Assembly (NCBI RefSeq): GCF_000143415.4
Contig: NW_003314328.1
Coordinates: forward strand, 399,889-463,888
DNA from: Selaginella moellendorffii
Taxonomy: Eukaryota; Plantae; Lycopodiophyta
Length of the DNA: 64,000 nt
Direction: 5' to 3'
Shown: piece after piece, positions 50,186-62,200 of the stretch
Position numbering within the stretch: position 1 is the first letter of the stretch
Layout: every line of letters begins with the position of its first letter
The notes under the pieces: generated by a model
Database searches by the model: none
Told to the model about the DNA's origin: nothing
Seen by the model: the letters and a program-made list of their open reading frames with translations, nothing else
Translations under genes and position numbers: made by a program

Positions 50186-50773
50186 ATGGCGTTGGCGGCG
50201 GCTTCCGGGTGTGTGGGATTAGTGTCTGGAACAGCAACGACGAGCGCATCGTCGTCCAAATTCTTTGCCGGCCAATGCCGGGTCTCTCCAGCCGCGTCGT
50301 GGAATCGGAGAGTCCCCTCCTCCGCCGGATTGGTGGTGAGAGCTTGCGAGACCGCCGCCGCGCCACCAGCCACCGAGAAGAAGCCAGAGCCGGTTGGGCC
50401 TAAGCGTGGATCAATTGTAAGTGGATCCTTCTTCCAATTCTCGCTCGATTTGATCTTGGGTCTTGTTCTTCTTCCATCTTCTCATCGCGCACATTGCTAA
50501 ATCCTTGGATGGATGCAGGTGAAGATCTTGCGGCCAGAGTCGTATTGGTTCCAGACCACGGGCAAGGTCGTGACAGTGGATCAGGTAAGCATTTCTACTA
50601 CTTTTCGTTTCTCTTTCGATCGACTCGATCGATTGCCTGGATTTTCCTGATGGGTTCCTTGCAATCGCCAGACCCCCGGCGTGCTCTACCCCGTTGTTGT
50701 TCGATTCGAGAAGGTGAATTACGCTGGAAACTCCACAAACAACTACGCGCTGGACGAGGTCCAAGAAGTTTAA
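50186..50773 (+). CDS. PsaE: Photosystem I subunit IV (PsaE), nuclear-encoded, 3 exons
   Basis: Transit peptide, then VGPKRGSI / [11 protein letters not shown]...VVTVDQ / [28 protein letters not shown]. Introns at 50417-50518 and 50585-50671. Confidence 0.97.
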
Positions 50774-50894
50774 AAAGAAGCGCTCTCGTGTAAACCACAT
50801 ATATCTCTCGCCTTTATCTGTGAAAGAAAAAAAAGAGAAAAGATCCTTACAAAGACTGTACTTAACGTCTAAAACGAGTAATTTTATAACATGG

Positions 50895-50967
50895 GCTCCC
50901 GTGGCCTAATGGATAAGGCATTTGACTTCTAATCAAGGGATTGTGGGTTCGAGTCCCACCGGGAGTG
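50895..50967 (+). tRNA. tRNA-Arg(UCU)
   Basis: GCTCCCG/CGGGAGT acceptor stem, TGGCCTAATGGATAAGGC D-arm, TTTGA-CTTCTAA-TCAAG anticodon arm, GTTCGAGTC, followed by a T-run terminator. Confidence 0.95.
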
Positions 50968-51190
50968 TTATTTTTCAAAGCCCACAAAGGCGAATATACT
51001 TTTAGAACATTTTTGGTTTTTTTTTTCTTCTTTAAAGCTCCCTGAATATGCGAAGCTGGCATCTGTTCGAGAGTCTATTGATCTCATTCGATCCTGCAAT
51101 TCCCTCTCTCACGCCCAGCGCGTCCACAGCCACGTTCTTGGAAAAAATGGCACCCAAAATTCCACCTTTGTCTCTAACTTGCTCATCCAG

Positions 51191-53092
51191 ATGTACGGCA
51201 AGTGTGGTGCCGTGCAGTCGGCACGGATCGTCTTTGATAGCATCGCCCACAAGGATATTTTTTCCTGGAATCTTATGCTCGGCGCATATACCCGCAACGG
51301 GGATCTGGACGCCGCAAAAGTGCTCTTTGATAACATGCCCGACAGAGATCATGTCTCCTCAAACACACTTATAGCGGCATTCTCCAAGTCCGGCAAGGTA
51401 GATCACGCGGCAGATTTGTTCGCGGCAATGCCCGATAAGAATGTCGTGTCTTGGAATTCGATACTTGCAGCATATGCCCAGAATGGGAATCTTGCGGCCG
51501 CCAAACAAACGTTTGACTCCATGCCCGAAAAGGATCTTGTTTCCTGGAACACAATCGTGGCGGCGAGTGCTCAAGCCGGGAATCTAGAACTTGCAAAGGA
51601 TTTGTTCGATCGGATGCCCCAGCATGATCTAGTCAGCTTCAATGCCATGCTCGACGCATTTGCCCGAAACGGGCATCTGGCAGACGCTTACGCCCTTTTC
51701 CACGGGGAAATGCTCTCCCGCGAGAGGAATATCATCTCCTGGAACGCGATGCTGGCTGCAATGGACACTCCGGAGCGTGCAAAGGCGCTGTTCGATCGAA
51801 TCCCTGCGCACGATTGCTTCTCCTGGAACTCGCTCCTTTCAGTGTATGGATCTTCGCGGCTTGTGGATGCTGCCATGGAAATCTTCGAGCTCTTGATGCC
51901 GGAGTGGAATCTCGTATCATGGAATTCTCTCTTATCAGCAATGGCAGATCGTCGAGAAGATCGTCTGGTTGCAAGCATCTTTGCGTCAATGCCCGAGAGG
52001 AACCTCATTTCCTGGACTGTGATGCTGGGATCTTGCTTGGATCTTCCACAGGCGAAAGAAATCTTTGATGCGATGCCCGAGAGGAATCAAGTGTCCTGGA
52101 ACACGATGCTCGAGGCATATGCCCAAAAAGGGAATCTGGAAGATGCCGAGAATCTCCTCTGTACGATCCCCGACACGGACGAGGTAACGTGGAGCATCAT
52201 GTTGATGGCATATTCCGACCACGGCAAGCTCAACGAGGCCCTGACCGTGTTTGACCGAACCCCTCATTATGACGTTGTCCTGTTGACCACCCTGGTGTCG
52301 GCATATGCCCGGCACGGGCATGTCCGCGAGTCGGAGATTCTGTTTGACTCCATGCCGGGGTGGACTCTCATCTCGTGGAACGCAATGCTTGCCGCATATC
52401 TCCACAACAGAGAGTTTGATCTCGTTGACTGGACCTTCTCGTCAATGCCGGTCAGAGACGCTGCGTCGTGGTCAGCGCTCGTGGCCGCAGTTGCCGCGAG
52501 AGGGCAATTCGAGAGAGCCGAGTGTTTGCTCGAGACAATGCCCGAGAGGGGCATTGCCGCTTGGAACACAGTTCTAGCGATGAACTCGATCAATCGGCGA
52601 GGATCCCAAGCGGCGGATATCTTCGCAAGGATGAAGCTGGAAGAGAATTATGGCATGAATGAGGTGACTCTCAATTGCGTGCTGCTGGGGTGTACTCACG
52701 CGGGCGATCTGGCTTCCGGGAGGAGGTACTTTCGATCAGCAGCGCTGGATCACGAAATCCCAGCCACCAAGCAACACTACTGCTGCTTGATCGATCTTCT
52801 CAGCCGAGCTGGGTATCTAATCGATGCCGAGGAGCTCTTGACTACCATGCCCTTTGTTCCAGAGGCCCAGGACTGGCTTTGCCTGCTCGGGGCTTGCCGG
52901 AGCCACAGAGAAATTGGAGTGGGATCTCGCGCAGCGCAGGAAGTGCTTGGATTCTCCATGGCGATGCTAAAAGCTGGGCCTTACATCCTCCTCTCCAACA
53001 TGTATGCTCTTGGCGAGCGCTTGGGTCTCCCATCAAAGCTCTTCCTTCTTCCATCCAGTCAAGAATATAGATCTAGAGCCCTAAATATTTGA
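51191..53092 (+). CDS. PLS-class PPR protein with E-type C-terminus; true start uncertain
   Basis: Intronless ORF with MYGKCG, many xxVSWN repeats, HYCCLIDLLSRAG, LLGACRSH and YILLSNMYA. The frame stays open upstream of the first ATG. Confidence 0.9.
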   Translation: MYGKCGAVQSARIVFDSIAHKDIFSWNLMLGAYTRNGDLDAAKVLFDNMPDRDHVSSNTLIAAFSKSGKVDHAADLFAAMPDKNVVSWNSILAAYAQNGNLAAAKQTFDSMPEKDLVSWNTIVAASAQAGNLELAKDLFDRMPQHDLVSFNAMLDAFARNGHLADAYALFHGEMLSRERNIISWNAMLAAMDTPERAKALFDRIPAHDCFSWNSLLSVYGSSRLVDAAMEIFELLMPEWNLVSWNSLLSAMADRREDRLVASIFASMPERNLISWTVMLGSCLDLPQAKEIFDAMPERNQVSWNTMLEAYAQKGNLEDAENLLCTIPDTDEVTWSIMLMAYSDHGKLNEALTVFDRTPHYDVVLLTTLVSAYARHGHVRESEILFDSMPGWTLISWNAMLAAYLHNREFDLVDWTFSSMPVRDAASWSALVAAVAARGQFERAECLLETMPERGIAAWNTVLAMNSINRRGSQAADIFARMKLEENYGMNEVTLNCVLLGCTHAGDLASGRRYFRSAALDHEIPATKQHYCCLIDLLSRAGYLIDAEELLTTMPFVPEAQDWLCLLGACRSHREIGVGSRAAQEVLGFSMAMLKAGPYILLSNMYALGERLGLPSKLFLLPSSQEYRSRALNI

Positions 53093-53094
53093 AC

Positions 53095-53127
53095 TTTCCC
53101 GCCATTTCGCGCCAAGGGTTTAGGGCA
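53095..53127 (+). promoter_or_regulatory. Tandem E2F sites plus telo-box-like motif upstream of AND-1/Ctf4
   Basis: TTTCCCGCC (53095-53103) and TTTCGCGCC (53105-53113) fit the E2F consensus TTTSSCGSS; GGGTTTAGGGC follows. Confidence 0.75.
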
Positions 53128-53140
53128 TTTCTCACCCGGG

Positions 53141-56100
53141 ATGGGGGCAAAATCCAGGCTCCAGCAGCGGGACGCGCACGCCAAGGGTCGATCGATCATC
53201 GCTTGGGACAAGGCAGGCAAGAATCTCGTCACTGCTGGTGTCGATGGCAAGGTTTTGATCCACACCTGGGATCCATCGGTGCCCTCGGCCGTGATCGCCA
53301 CTATCAAGGCACACAACGCGGCGGTCACTTGCGCAGCGCTCTCGCCGAATGGGACGGTCTTGGCGTCTGGATCGGTGGATCACTCGGTCAAGCTCTACAG
53401 CTATCCAGGTTAGGCGGTGTTTTTTAAGTAACTTTTCTTTGTGAGTGATGGATGATTTCTTTTGTTCTAGATGGGAAGTTTCAAAGCACAGTGACGAGAT
53501 TTACTCTGCCAATTCGGTGCCTGGGATTCAGTGCTACTGGCGGTCTTCTAGCCGCTGCTGGAGACGATGATGGAATCAAGCTTATAGCCATGGCGGACAA
53601 TTCCATAGCTCGGATCTTGAGGGGTCATGGTTCTCCAGTTACGTGGGTGGCGTTTGATCCCAAGAACGAGTATCTAACCTCGGCCGACAGCGACGGGACT
53701 GTGATCTTCTGGCTCATCTCTTCCGGAAAGAGCTTGCACACTCTCACACAGATTGCTCCAAGGATCGACGTCGAGTTCTCCGAGAGTAGCAACTGCGTTG
53801 CATGGAGCCCTGATGGAAATCTCCTCGCGCTTCCGGGTCGCAAGAGCGATGTTCTTCTCTTGGACAGGGACACGGCCGAAGAGATATGTACCTTCAAAGG
53901 TGGTCATACGAGCCCGGTTAGCGCTTTGGCCTGGTCGCTCAATGGGAAGTACCTTGCTACTGCCGGGAGTGATCTTCAGGTGGTGCTTTGGGACGTAGAG
54001 AAGCAGCAAGACATCGACGGGATGCTGTTTGAGACGCCACTTTGCTCCATCGCTTGGAAGCCAGTCGAGAATGCCTTAGCGGCGATCAACATGGAGGGGA
54101 AGTTTTCAGTGTGGGAGTCGGCAGTGCCTCCACACATGGTTTCCCCGACGATCTGTGTTAAGTCCAGCCTTGTGTCGGCGACAAACTTCGAGCAGCTCCA
54201 CAAGTTTAGTGATGATGAGGGGTCGGAAGGCCATGGACAGTCCATAGACTTGGGAAGCCAAGACACTGCTGGTGGTAACGAGGATAATGACGAGAGCAAC
54301 GGTGAAGAAGAGGAAGAGGAGGAGTTCCTTAGCTCGAAGAGACGTCGCGGTGGAAACTCTGCGTCTTTGGATGATGTCTACGATAAAAGGCCGGCAAAGA
54401 GGCCACAGGTAGAGACTGCGAGAGCCTCCTTCACGCTTAAAGTTCCGGCAATGCAAGGAGCATTTCAGCCGGGATCCACTTACAAGGTTGAAGGGAAAAG
54501 ATGGTTTCTTGCTTACAATCTCATTGGTAGCATAAGCAGCTGCGATAAAGACGGTTCTTGTCATGTGGAGGTAACTTAGTTACCTACTCGATTCGAAGAT
54601 ACTCACGTTCTTTTGCTGCTTACAGGTCGAGTTTCATGATATTACTAAAGGAGTTCGCATTCCCGCCATGGCGGATTATTTTGGCTACACAATGGCTTCT
54701 TTGGGAGAGATAGCTTGCGTTCTTGCGAGTCCGCAAAATGGCGATAAGTGTCCGAGCACTCTGACATACAGGCCTTTCAATAGTTGGGCGAGCAACAGCG
54801 AGGTAGTATTCACGGTTGGCACAACAGTTTTCTTAGTTTCATGCTGCAGTGGTCGATGAGATTTCCTGCAAATGAGGAGGTTAAGGCTGTTGCTGTTGGG
54901 AATGGCTGGGCTGCGGCAGCAACAAGCTCTCACTTCCTTCGTATCTATTCGGAAGGCGGTGTGCAGGTATATTTCTTGGGTTTTTAATACCACTTGTAAC
55001 TTGCAATGTTCTGCAGAGCTTTATCCTTTCGCTGTCGGGGCCAGTAGTTTCAATGAATGGATACCAGCATCAACTCGTAGTTGTCACTCACTCTTCGAAT
55101 CCATTATCCACGGATGATCAGGTGAGCTTATTATTTTTCCTCTTCGCTTTAAAGATCATGCAAGTTTCTGGTTTGTGTAGGCAATGGAGTTCGTGGTTCT
55201 GGATTTGCAACGACGGAGCAAAGTCATGGATGGCCGTCTTCCACTTAGTCCTGGATCAAGATTAGCCTGGATTGGTTTTAGTGAAGGTGGCTCTCTTGGG
55301 TTTTATGATTCTCAGGTAATCGACGACTTTTTTTTTCGTCTTGTTGTCTCTAAAAGCTTTAAGCAGGGTGTCCTCCGACGGCATTTTCATGAGTTCGGTG
55401 GTTGCTGGGTTCCTATCTTTCGGTAATGTGCAGTTGATCGAATGAAGTGGCTAATAAGATTTTCAGAGCCGAAAAGGAAAGGAAAAACTCAAGCGAAGTT
55501 TTTTGGATGGTTGGATTCGATGAGACACAAACTTTTGCAGTAATATGTAAGCTGCCGGAGACACAGCCCCTGGTAAACATTCTTTGACCGTTTCGATGTT
55601 TTGATTTCAAATACTTTTTGCAGGTCTTTCCGAGGCCTATACTGAGCTTCTTCAAACACAGCTTGCCACTTGTCAATGCTGATCTTGGTGGCGATGATCT
55701 CGAAAATGACTACCTTCGCCATTCTCTACTTCTATCTGAGGTGCATTTGTTTGTCTAAGAAGTTTGTGCGTCCATTTGATGTGGGGGTTGTGTAGGCACG
55801 AGCAAAAGCAGATCGAGCTGCTGGTGAGGGCCTCGACGCCGATCACGAGGATGACAACGTTTTACAGAAGGAAATAGAGCACGACAAATATGTTCTACGT
55901 CTCGTGGCAGCCGCATGCAAAGGTAGAATTTTCTCTTTACGTCAAGTTTCATCTCTGACACCAACTCACTTAAAGGTGACAAGCTCGTGAGAGCAATGGA
56001 ACTGGCAGCTTCTCTACGACTCCGAAAGTCACTGGAAGGAGCAATCAAAGTTGTCAATGCCATGCGTTTACCGTCTCTCGCAGATCGACTCAATATCATG

Positions 56101-56629
56101 CTCGAGGTATGCCAGAAAATTGTCTTCAAGAATGGCCTTCTCACTTCTTATCCTTTTTCTGCAGCAACGAAATATGCAAAAGAGTCTGGAAGACGACGTT
56201 TCAGAACCTGCGCGTGCACCAGATTCTTCCATCTGGGAGCGTACTCAAAGAGTGGAGGCTTTGGGGAAAGAGCCTGTTCAAAGAGTAGAAGCGCCCGGAC
56301 CACCACCATCAGTTCTCCCCGTAGCTCAGCATCCAAAACCAGTGATCCAGAAAGAATCACCGGCGATCCCGAAGGAGCCGCCTCAGGCTCAGGCTCATCA
56401 ACAAGACAGAGCAACTCTTTCCAATCAACCTGCGAAGATGTCGCACGATCAGGCGCCAATCTCTGCTCAACGGAAGGCAAGCAATCCTTTTGCAAAATCA
56501 CCGACGCCAAATGGTGGAGCCTCCACATCGAAGTCGTCGGTGCTGGACTCTCTCAAGCTGCTCCAGGGCGATAAGAAAAGAAAGGAAACAGATGGCGAGC
56601 AGGGAAATAAAAGATCCCGCAAATCATGA
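53141..56629 (+). CDS. WDHD1: AND-1/Ctf4/WDHD1 replisome hub protein (WD40 + SepB-like domain), multi-exon
   Basis: N-terminal WD40s (ASGSVDHSVKLY, TRFTLPIR, AAGDDDGIKLI), MQGAFQPGST, FLAYNLIG, HVEVEFHD, YRPFNSWASNSEW, RAMELAASL, C-terminal SNPFAK. Confidence 0.92.
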
Positions 56630-57401
56630 ACACGGCCTGGAGAAAGCAATCGTGATCCAGTGATCCAGTGGTGTCAACTACGTCCAAGTTGTCATCTTTT
56701 CATGGCTACCATCTGCCGGTGTGGATACCGCTACCAATGACTCGCACTGGAATTCCTCCTCGTTTGCGAGGGCTTTGCATCAAGGCAAATGGTAGCCTTC
56801 TTGTTTGGAATCTCCTCACTGGCTGCAGCAGAATGGCCATGAATTTCTCCACTCCTGACAGTATTATTTCTTGAACTTGTCACTTTTAGCAATTGCATCA
56901 AAAGTTCTTGTTAGCTGCTCGCAAACTTATTGTATCTAAATCTTCCTAATAGTTCTGTGTTTAGACAAACACTTTGTGCATAGAGAGAAATAATAAGAGG
57001 AGAAACATAGTATACATATCTGAAGAAGTCTTGATTGCATTGATATTAATAATCCAGATATTTTGCAAATTTTTATTCCAATGCTTGAATTGTACTCATA
57101 GTTTGCTTTCCATATTCTATAAAATAACAATAATAAAGACAACTGAAAGACAAGAGACTTGAAGTTTGTATCCGTTCCTTAGCCCATGCCTGTGCAGCAT
57201 TCACAGCTGTGGGATCTCACTGCAAGCAGTCAAGTGTCAGGATCTATGCAGCCCCATGAGAGCCAAGCCAGTTGGAATTGAGGGAGCGAGCGGAGAAACC
57301 CTAGCCTCGGCCAGCATATAATAACTGTCGCATGCCCCACTTCTCTCAAGTAGATTATTATTATTATTTTAGAAAATAGAAGCAAGCAAAACTTCTCAGC
57401 T

Positions 57402-57788
57402 ATGTATAGTGCGATCATAGTGTTTCTGGTCTTATTATTTCTTTCCACGGCACTTACACAAATTCCCGTTTGTCCAGATCCAGAATTAATAGGAGCAGTA
57501 AGATACAACAAGGAAAAGGCTCGATCAGGCAGCGTGTTTGATGCACAACTAACACAAACTTTTGATGCTATAGTGACAGATTCTGAAAGGAATCATACCG
57601 CGAGGATTGGAGAAATTCGTGGCTTTTCTTCCTGCTCTCAGTCGCCTGTATATCCTCGGTGCTCCCCATGCCTTGATACCTTAAGACGTGATATCCAAAT
57701 GATTGCTCCTCTTGCTTTGGGAGCTGCTTCATGTTCCACAACTGGTGAATGCTACCTTCGTTATGAATTGTACGATTTTCTCAACTGA
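57402..57788 (+). CDS. Secreted single-domain Gnk2/DUF26 cysteine-rich protein
   Basis: Signal peptide, C-X8-C-X2-C (CSQSPVYPRCSPC), C-terminal CYLRYELYDF. Confidence 0.8.
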   Translation: MYSAIIVFLVLLFLSTALTQIPVCPDPELIGAVRYNKEKARSGSVFDAQLTQTFDAIVTDSERNHTARIGEIRGFSSCSQSPVYPRCSPCLDTLRRDIQMIAPLALGAASCSTTGECYLRYELYDFLN

Positions 57789-58149
57789 TTTGCAAGAAAA
57801 TAAATAAAAATCCATTGACAGCAAATCCACAAAATAGTGACCACAAGCGTTTAGGAGGGAGCGAGCTGCCAGCCGTAACTCCGAAGGGCTATGGTTTGAA
57901 TAATGTGCAATATTCTTGCGATGAGTGGTCGTTCCCTCTTCCTGCATAAGTAAACCACAAAGCTTTCCAATTATTTTTAAAAATGTGAGCATTCCAGGCG
58001 AGAGATGGAATCCTTTTGAGTGAGCAGGATTATGGGCCATTGTTTGAGAGTGATGGTTTGCGCCGGTTGAATGATAAAAAATTATTCCTAATTTTAATCT
58101 CTAATATTTTATAAAAGGGGTGTAAGTACTTATAATAATTCAAATACTG

Positions 58150-59446
58150 GCAGCATATGCCCAGAATGGGCTTGCTGCCGCTAATCCATGCCCGACAAGG
58201 ATCTCGTTTCGTGGACTCAATTGTGGCGGCGTGTGCAAGCCGGAAACCTAGAAACTGCAAAGTATTTGTTTGATCGGATGCCCCAGACCGATCTTGTCAG
58301 CTTCATGCTATGCTGGATGCATTTGCCCGAAACGGGCATCTGGCAGACGTTTACGCCCTTTTCCACGGGGAAATGCTCTCCCACGAGAGGAATCTCATCT
58401 CCTGGAACGCCACTCCGGAGAGCGCAAAGGCGCTGTTCGATCGAATGCCTGCGCACGATTGCTTATCCTGGAACTCGCTCCTTTTGGTGTATGGATCTTT
58501 GTGGCTTGTGGATGCCGCCATGGAAATCTTCGGGCTCTTGATGCTGGAGTGGGACCTCGTATCATGGAATTCTCTCCTGTCAGTGGCGATTGTAGAGAAG
58601 ATCGTCTGGTTGCAAGCATCTTTGCATCAATGCCTGAGAGGAACCTCATCTCATCGACTGAAATGCTGGGATCTTGCTCGGATCTTCCACAGACGAAAGA
58701 AATCTTCAATGCGATGCCCGAAAGGAATCAAGTGTCCTTGAACACAATGCTCAAGGCATATAACCAGAGAAAAAATCTGGAAGATGCCGAGAATCTCCTT
58801 TGTACGACGTGGAGCAACATGGTGATGGCGTACTCCGACCATTTACGAGGTTCTTGCCGTGCTTGACCGGACCCCTCATTATGAGGTTGTCGTGTTGACC
58901 GCCCTGGTGTCGGCATATGCCCGGCACAGGCATGGCCGCGAGTCGGAGATTCTGTTTGACTCCATGCCGGGGTGGACTCTCATCTCGTAAAACGCAATGC
59001 TTGCGACGTATCTCCACAACAGAGAGTTTGACCTTGTTGACTAGACCTTCTCGTCAATGCCGGTCAGAGACTCTGCGTCGTGGTCAGCGCTCCTCGCTGC
59101 AGTTGCGGGGAGAGGGCAATTTGGAAGAGCCGAGTGTTTGCACGACACAATGCCCAAGAGGGGCATTGCCGCTTGGAACACAGTTCTAGCAATGAACTCG
59201 ATCAATCAGTGAGGATCCCAAGCGGCAAAGATGAAGCTGGAAGAGAATCATAGCATGAATGAGGTGACTATCAATACGGGGAGCTGGTGCTCGTGGGATT
59301 GTACCGGACCCTCGTTTCGTAGCGCAACGGACTTGGAGTTCAGTGCGTGTTGCTGGGGTCTACTCAAGCAGGTTATCGGGCTTCCAGGTGGAGCTTCAGC
59401 ACTGGATTACAAGATCCCAGCACAAATCAGCATTACTGCTGCTTGA
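58150..59446 (+). pseudogene. Truncated, frameshifted duplicate of the PPR gene at 51191-53092
   Basis: Colinear with ~51468-52790 (e.g. MLDAFARNGHLAD.YALFHGEMLS.ERN), with multiple indels and stops. Confidence 0.92.
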
Positions 59447-62200
59447 TGCTTTATAATTAAAATTGTACATCTAAATCTACTAGTATCTAGGAATCTCGAT
59501 AGTCAAGTAATTTATATTTCCTTAAAACGGTAAAAATTATTTCTATAGATTTACTAGTTTTTTTTTTTATAATTTAGTTTTATGTTAATATCTGTAATTT
59601 CATTAAATTTCTTCCATCATAATTCTATTAATTACTATTTATATATACATTCCAACCACAACCCTTGGAAACAAAACTCCCTTCTAATAGCATTTAACCT
59701 TGTTATTGTGAAATCAACTTGTTTGGGGCTAAATCTTGGTATTAAACCATAACAATTGAAATTAAATAATAAATTAATTGGCAAAATAAATTTGATAGAA
59801 TAATCATTATTACCATAGAGAAGTGAGTTAGATAATTTGCCCAACTATATATTAAATTTATAATAATGATTATTAAGTTAAATAGAAATTTGAAAATATA
59901 ATATTCGAGTGCCTATTTTAGGAACTTCCTATGAAATTCTGAATTTTTTAAAAGTTTTTTACTTTGCTTGAAATATAAACAACATATTAAAGAAAAGTTT
60001 AACAAGAAGATTCAAATTTCTAAAAGACCAAAATAGAGTCATGCTTAAAGAAGAATATATGATGTTTTATTGCAAATCATAGTAGTGGTGTTGCCAATGT
60101 CAATAAAATTATTAATATTTAAGATTTTTTAAAATAAATTACTAGCCTTTGGTTGCTTAAGCAAATCTATAAGATATACCTAAAATATGTTTGGATATTT
60201 TGGGATATTCTACCATATAACAGTTATTATTTTTTATATTAATCTTGTATTTATAATTAATAAGTATAAATTACAAATTTCCTGAACACTTTCTAGTATA
60301 TTCTACTTTATTTTATCATTTATATGTAATAGAATTAATTTTTCATTTAATTGAAGCTTAAATCATGTATTGGTCTTATAAAGTTATATATATTTATTTC
60401 CTCTAAAAAATTGAAATGAAAGTAGAGAATTGCATGTATACAAAAGTGTAAACAATAAAAAAGAATGACTTAACAAACTATTAATAAGGGTTTAAATATA
60501 AAGATAAAGAACTTAGAAATAAAAGTGCAATATTTTTTTTAATCAGTTAAAAGTTTTAGGAGATTTAGGGTTAAGTGTTAAGTTTATTACCAGAAAGAAA
60601 GGAACTATTTATTATTATCGTATTATAATAATTAATAAGTTTTTATTTAATCAATAAATAATAAGCTCTACTATTAAGCACTCCCACACTTGGATTAAAG
60701 CTTGAATTGTGCATAGATGATGGAATATGGTGAGAATGACATATAAAAAACTCATTAATCAACTACTCAAAGATTTGTTCTTAGTCTTCAAATATTATTG
60801 ATTCAACCTTGCATCTAGCATGTGGTCTTGGCCTTGAACTGTTGTCCTTTGCTAACTCACACATTAATCTTTATATGCATTCTTCTTAATTGTTGGAAAT
60901 GCCTGCAAAGAGTTGCATACAATATTCTTGAATTTTGACTCAATGAGGCAAGATTCTTATTCATATATCAAGTTGCTACATTAATTTGCCCTTCCTAAAT
61001 TTGGACTTCTGCATTATGATAAACACTTAAGTAGTGGCTTCCCAAAGAAAGTTTAATAGGTAATATTCCCAACAAATGAGCTAGGCTAGATAATCTCCCC
61101 AACACAACAAATGAGGTTGTCAAGGAATGGGAGGCGAAATCACACAGTCATAGTAGAGGAGAGGAGTAGACATAAGGCATATGGAAATGCCTCAATTTCA
61201 ACAAAAGGAGAACTACTTCAGCTTTAGTGGCCCATATCTTTTATAGGTAAGTTTGTAGTTGCCACATTGCATGATAAAGGAACCCAACATGGAAGGAAGA
61301 TATGTTGTTAAATTGCTGATAAATCTATGTATTTATAGGGTGGATAGAGGGAGAGTTCAAGGGGGGAAATGGTTATTGAGCAAGTTATGAGTTGGGAGTC
61401 AAGTTAATTCAAGGGGGGTTCTTTAGGATATGGGACATCTTCTTATGTATTGCGCAGGCTTACACCTGTTTTAGAATTGCTACAACATAGCATGCCCTAT
61501 ATCAATATTATAAAATACAATCATATTTTGATTGCAACTATAGCAATCAAAACATGATTCTGTCAATTATAATATTATGTAGAATAAAAGAAAAATACTC
61601 CCAATCATGTTTTGATTACAATATATAGCTATATTTTAATGTACTAATAATTTTTTGGGTGTTGAATAGTATTGCTATTCCTATATAGTATTTTATTTAC
61701 TAATCTATGGAAGTTTATAATTATAAACATGTTTTTAATTTATAAATGCAAGAATAATCTTATTGCTAGAATAAAAAAGAATATACTAGGAAGTATTAAC
61801 TGTTAAAGGTAGAATATCCCAGATTATTTAAGTATTTTCTAGGTATATCCTAAAAAAACTAGAATATACTAGAAATATTTTATAAACTATATAAACAAAA
61901 TTAATCTATATGAATAACAATAATATCCCAGAATCCAAGTAAAAATACAATCAATAAATATAAAGTTTGTGTAATAAAACTTATAAACGTGAAGTTGTTT
62001 ATTTTTAAAGCATTTAGGGCCATTCGTGTTGAGCAGCCCTGTTCGAGATGTCCGCGACTAATCCAGCACTTGCTTGTTGGCTATGTCGGAATGGAGGTGC
62101 TTGGCTTCTGCTTCATGGTTGGATCCAAGCGGAAACGTGCTCCATAGACAAAGCATGGAAGAGGTAAGATTCAGCTAGACAATCTATACGAGCGCGGTGG

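Noticed and set aside
61520-61620. Short hairpin (TTTTGATTGC...GCAATCAAAA) as a MITE or miRNA
   Set aside because: It is a short stem in very AT-rich DNA with no identifiable TSD or second copy.
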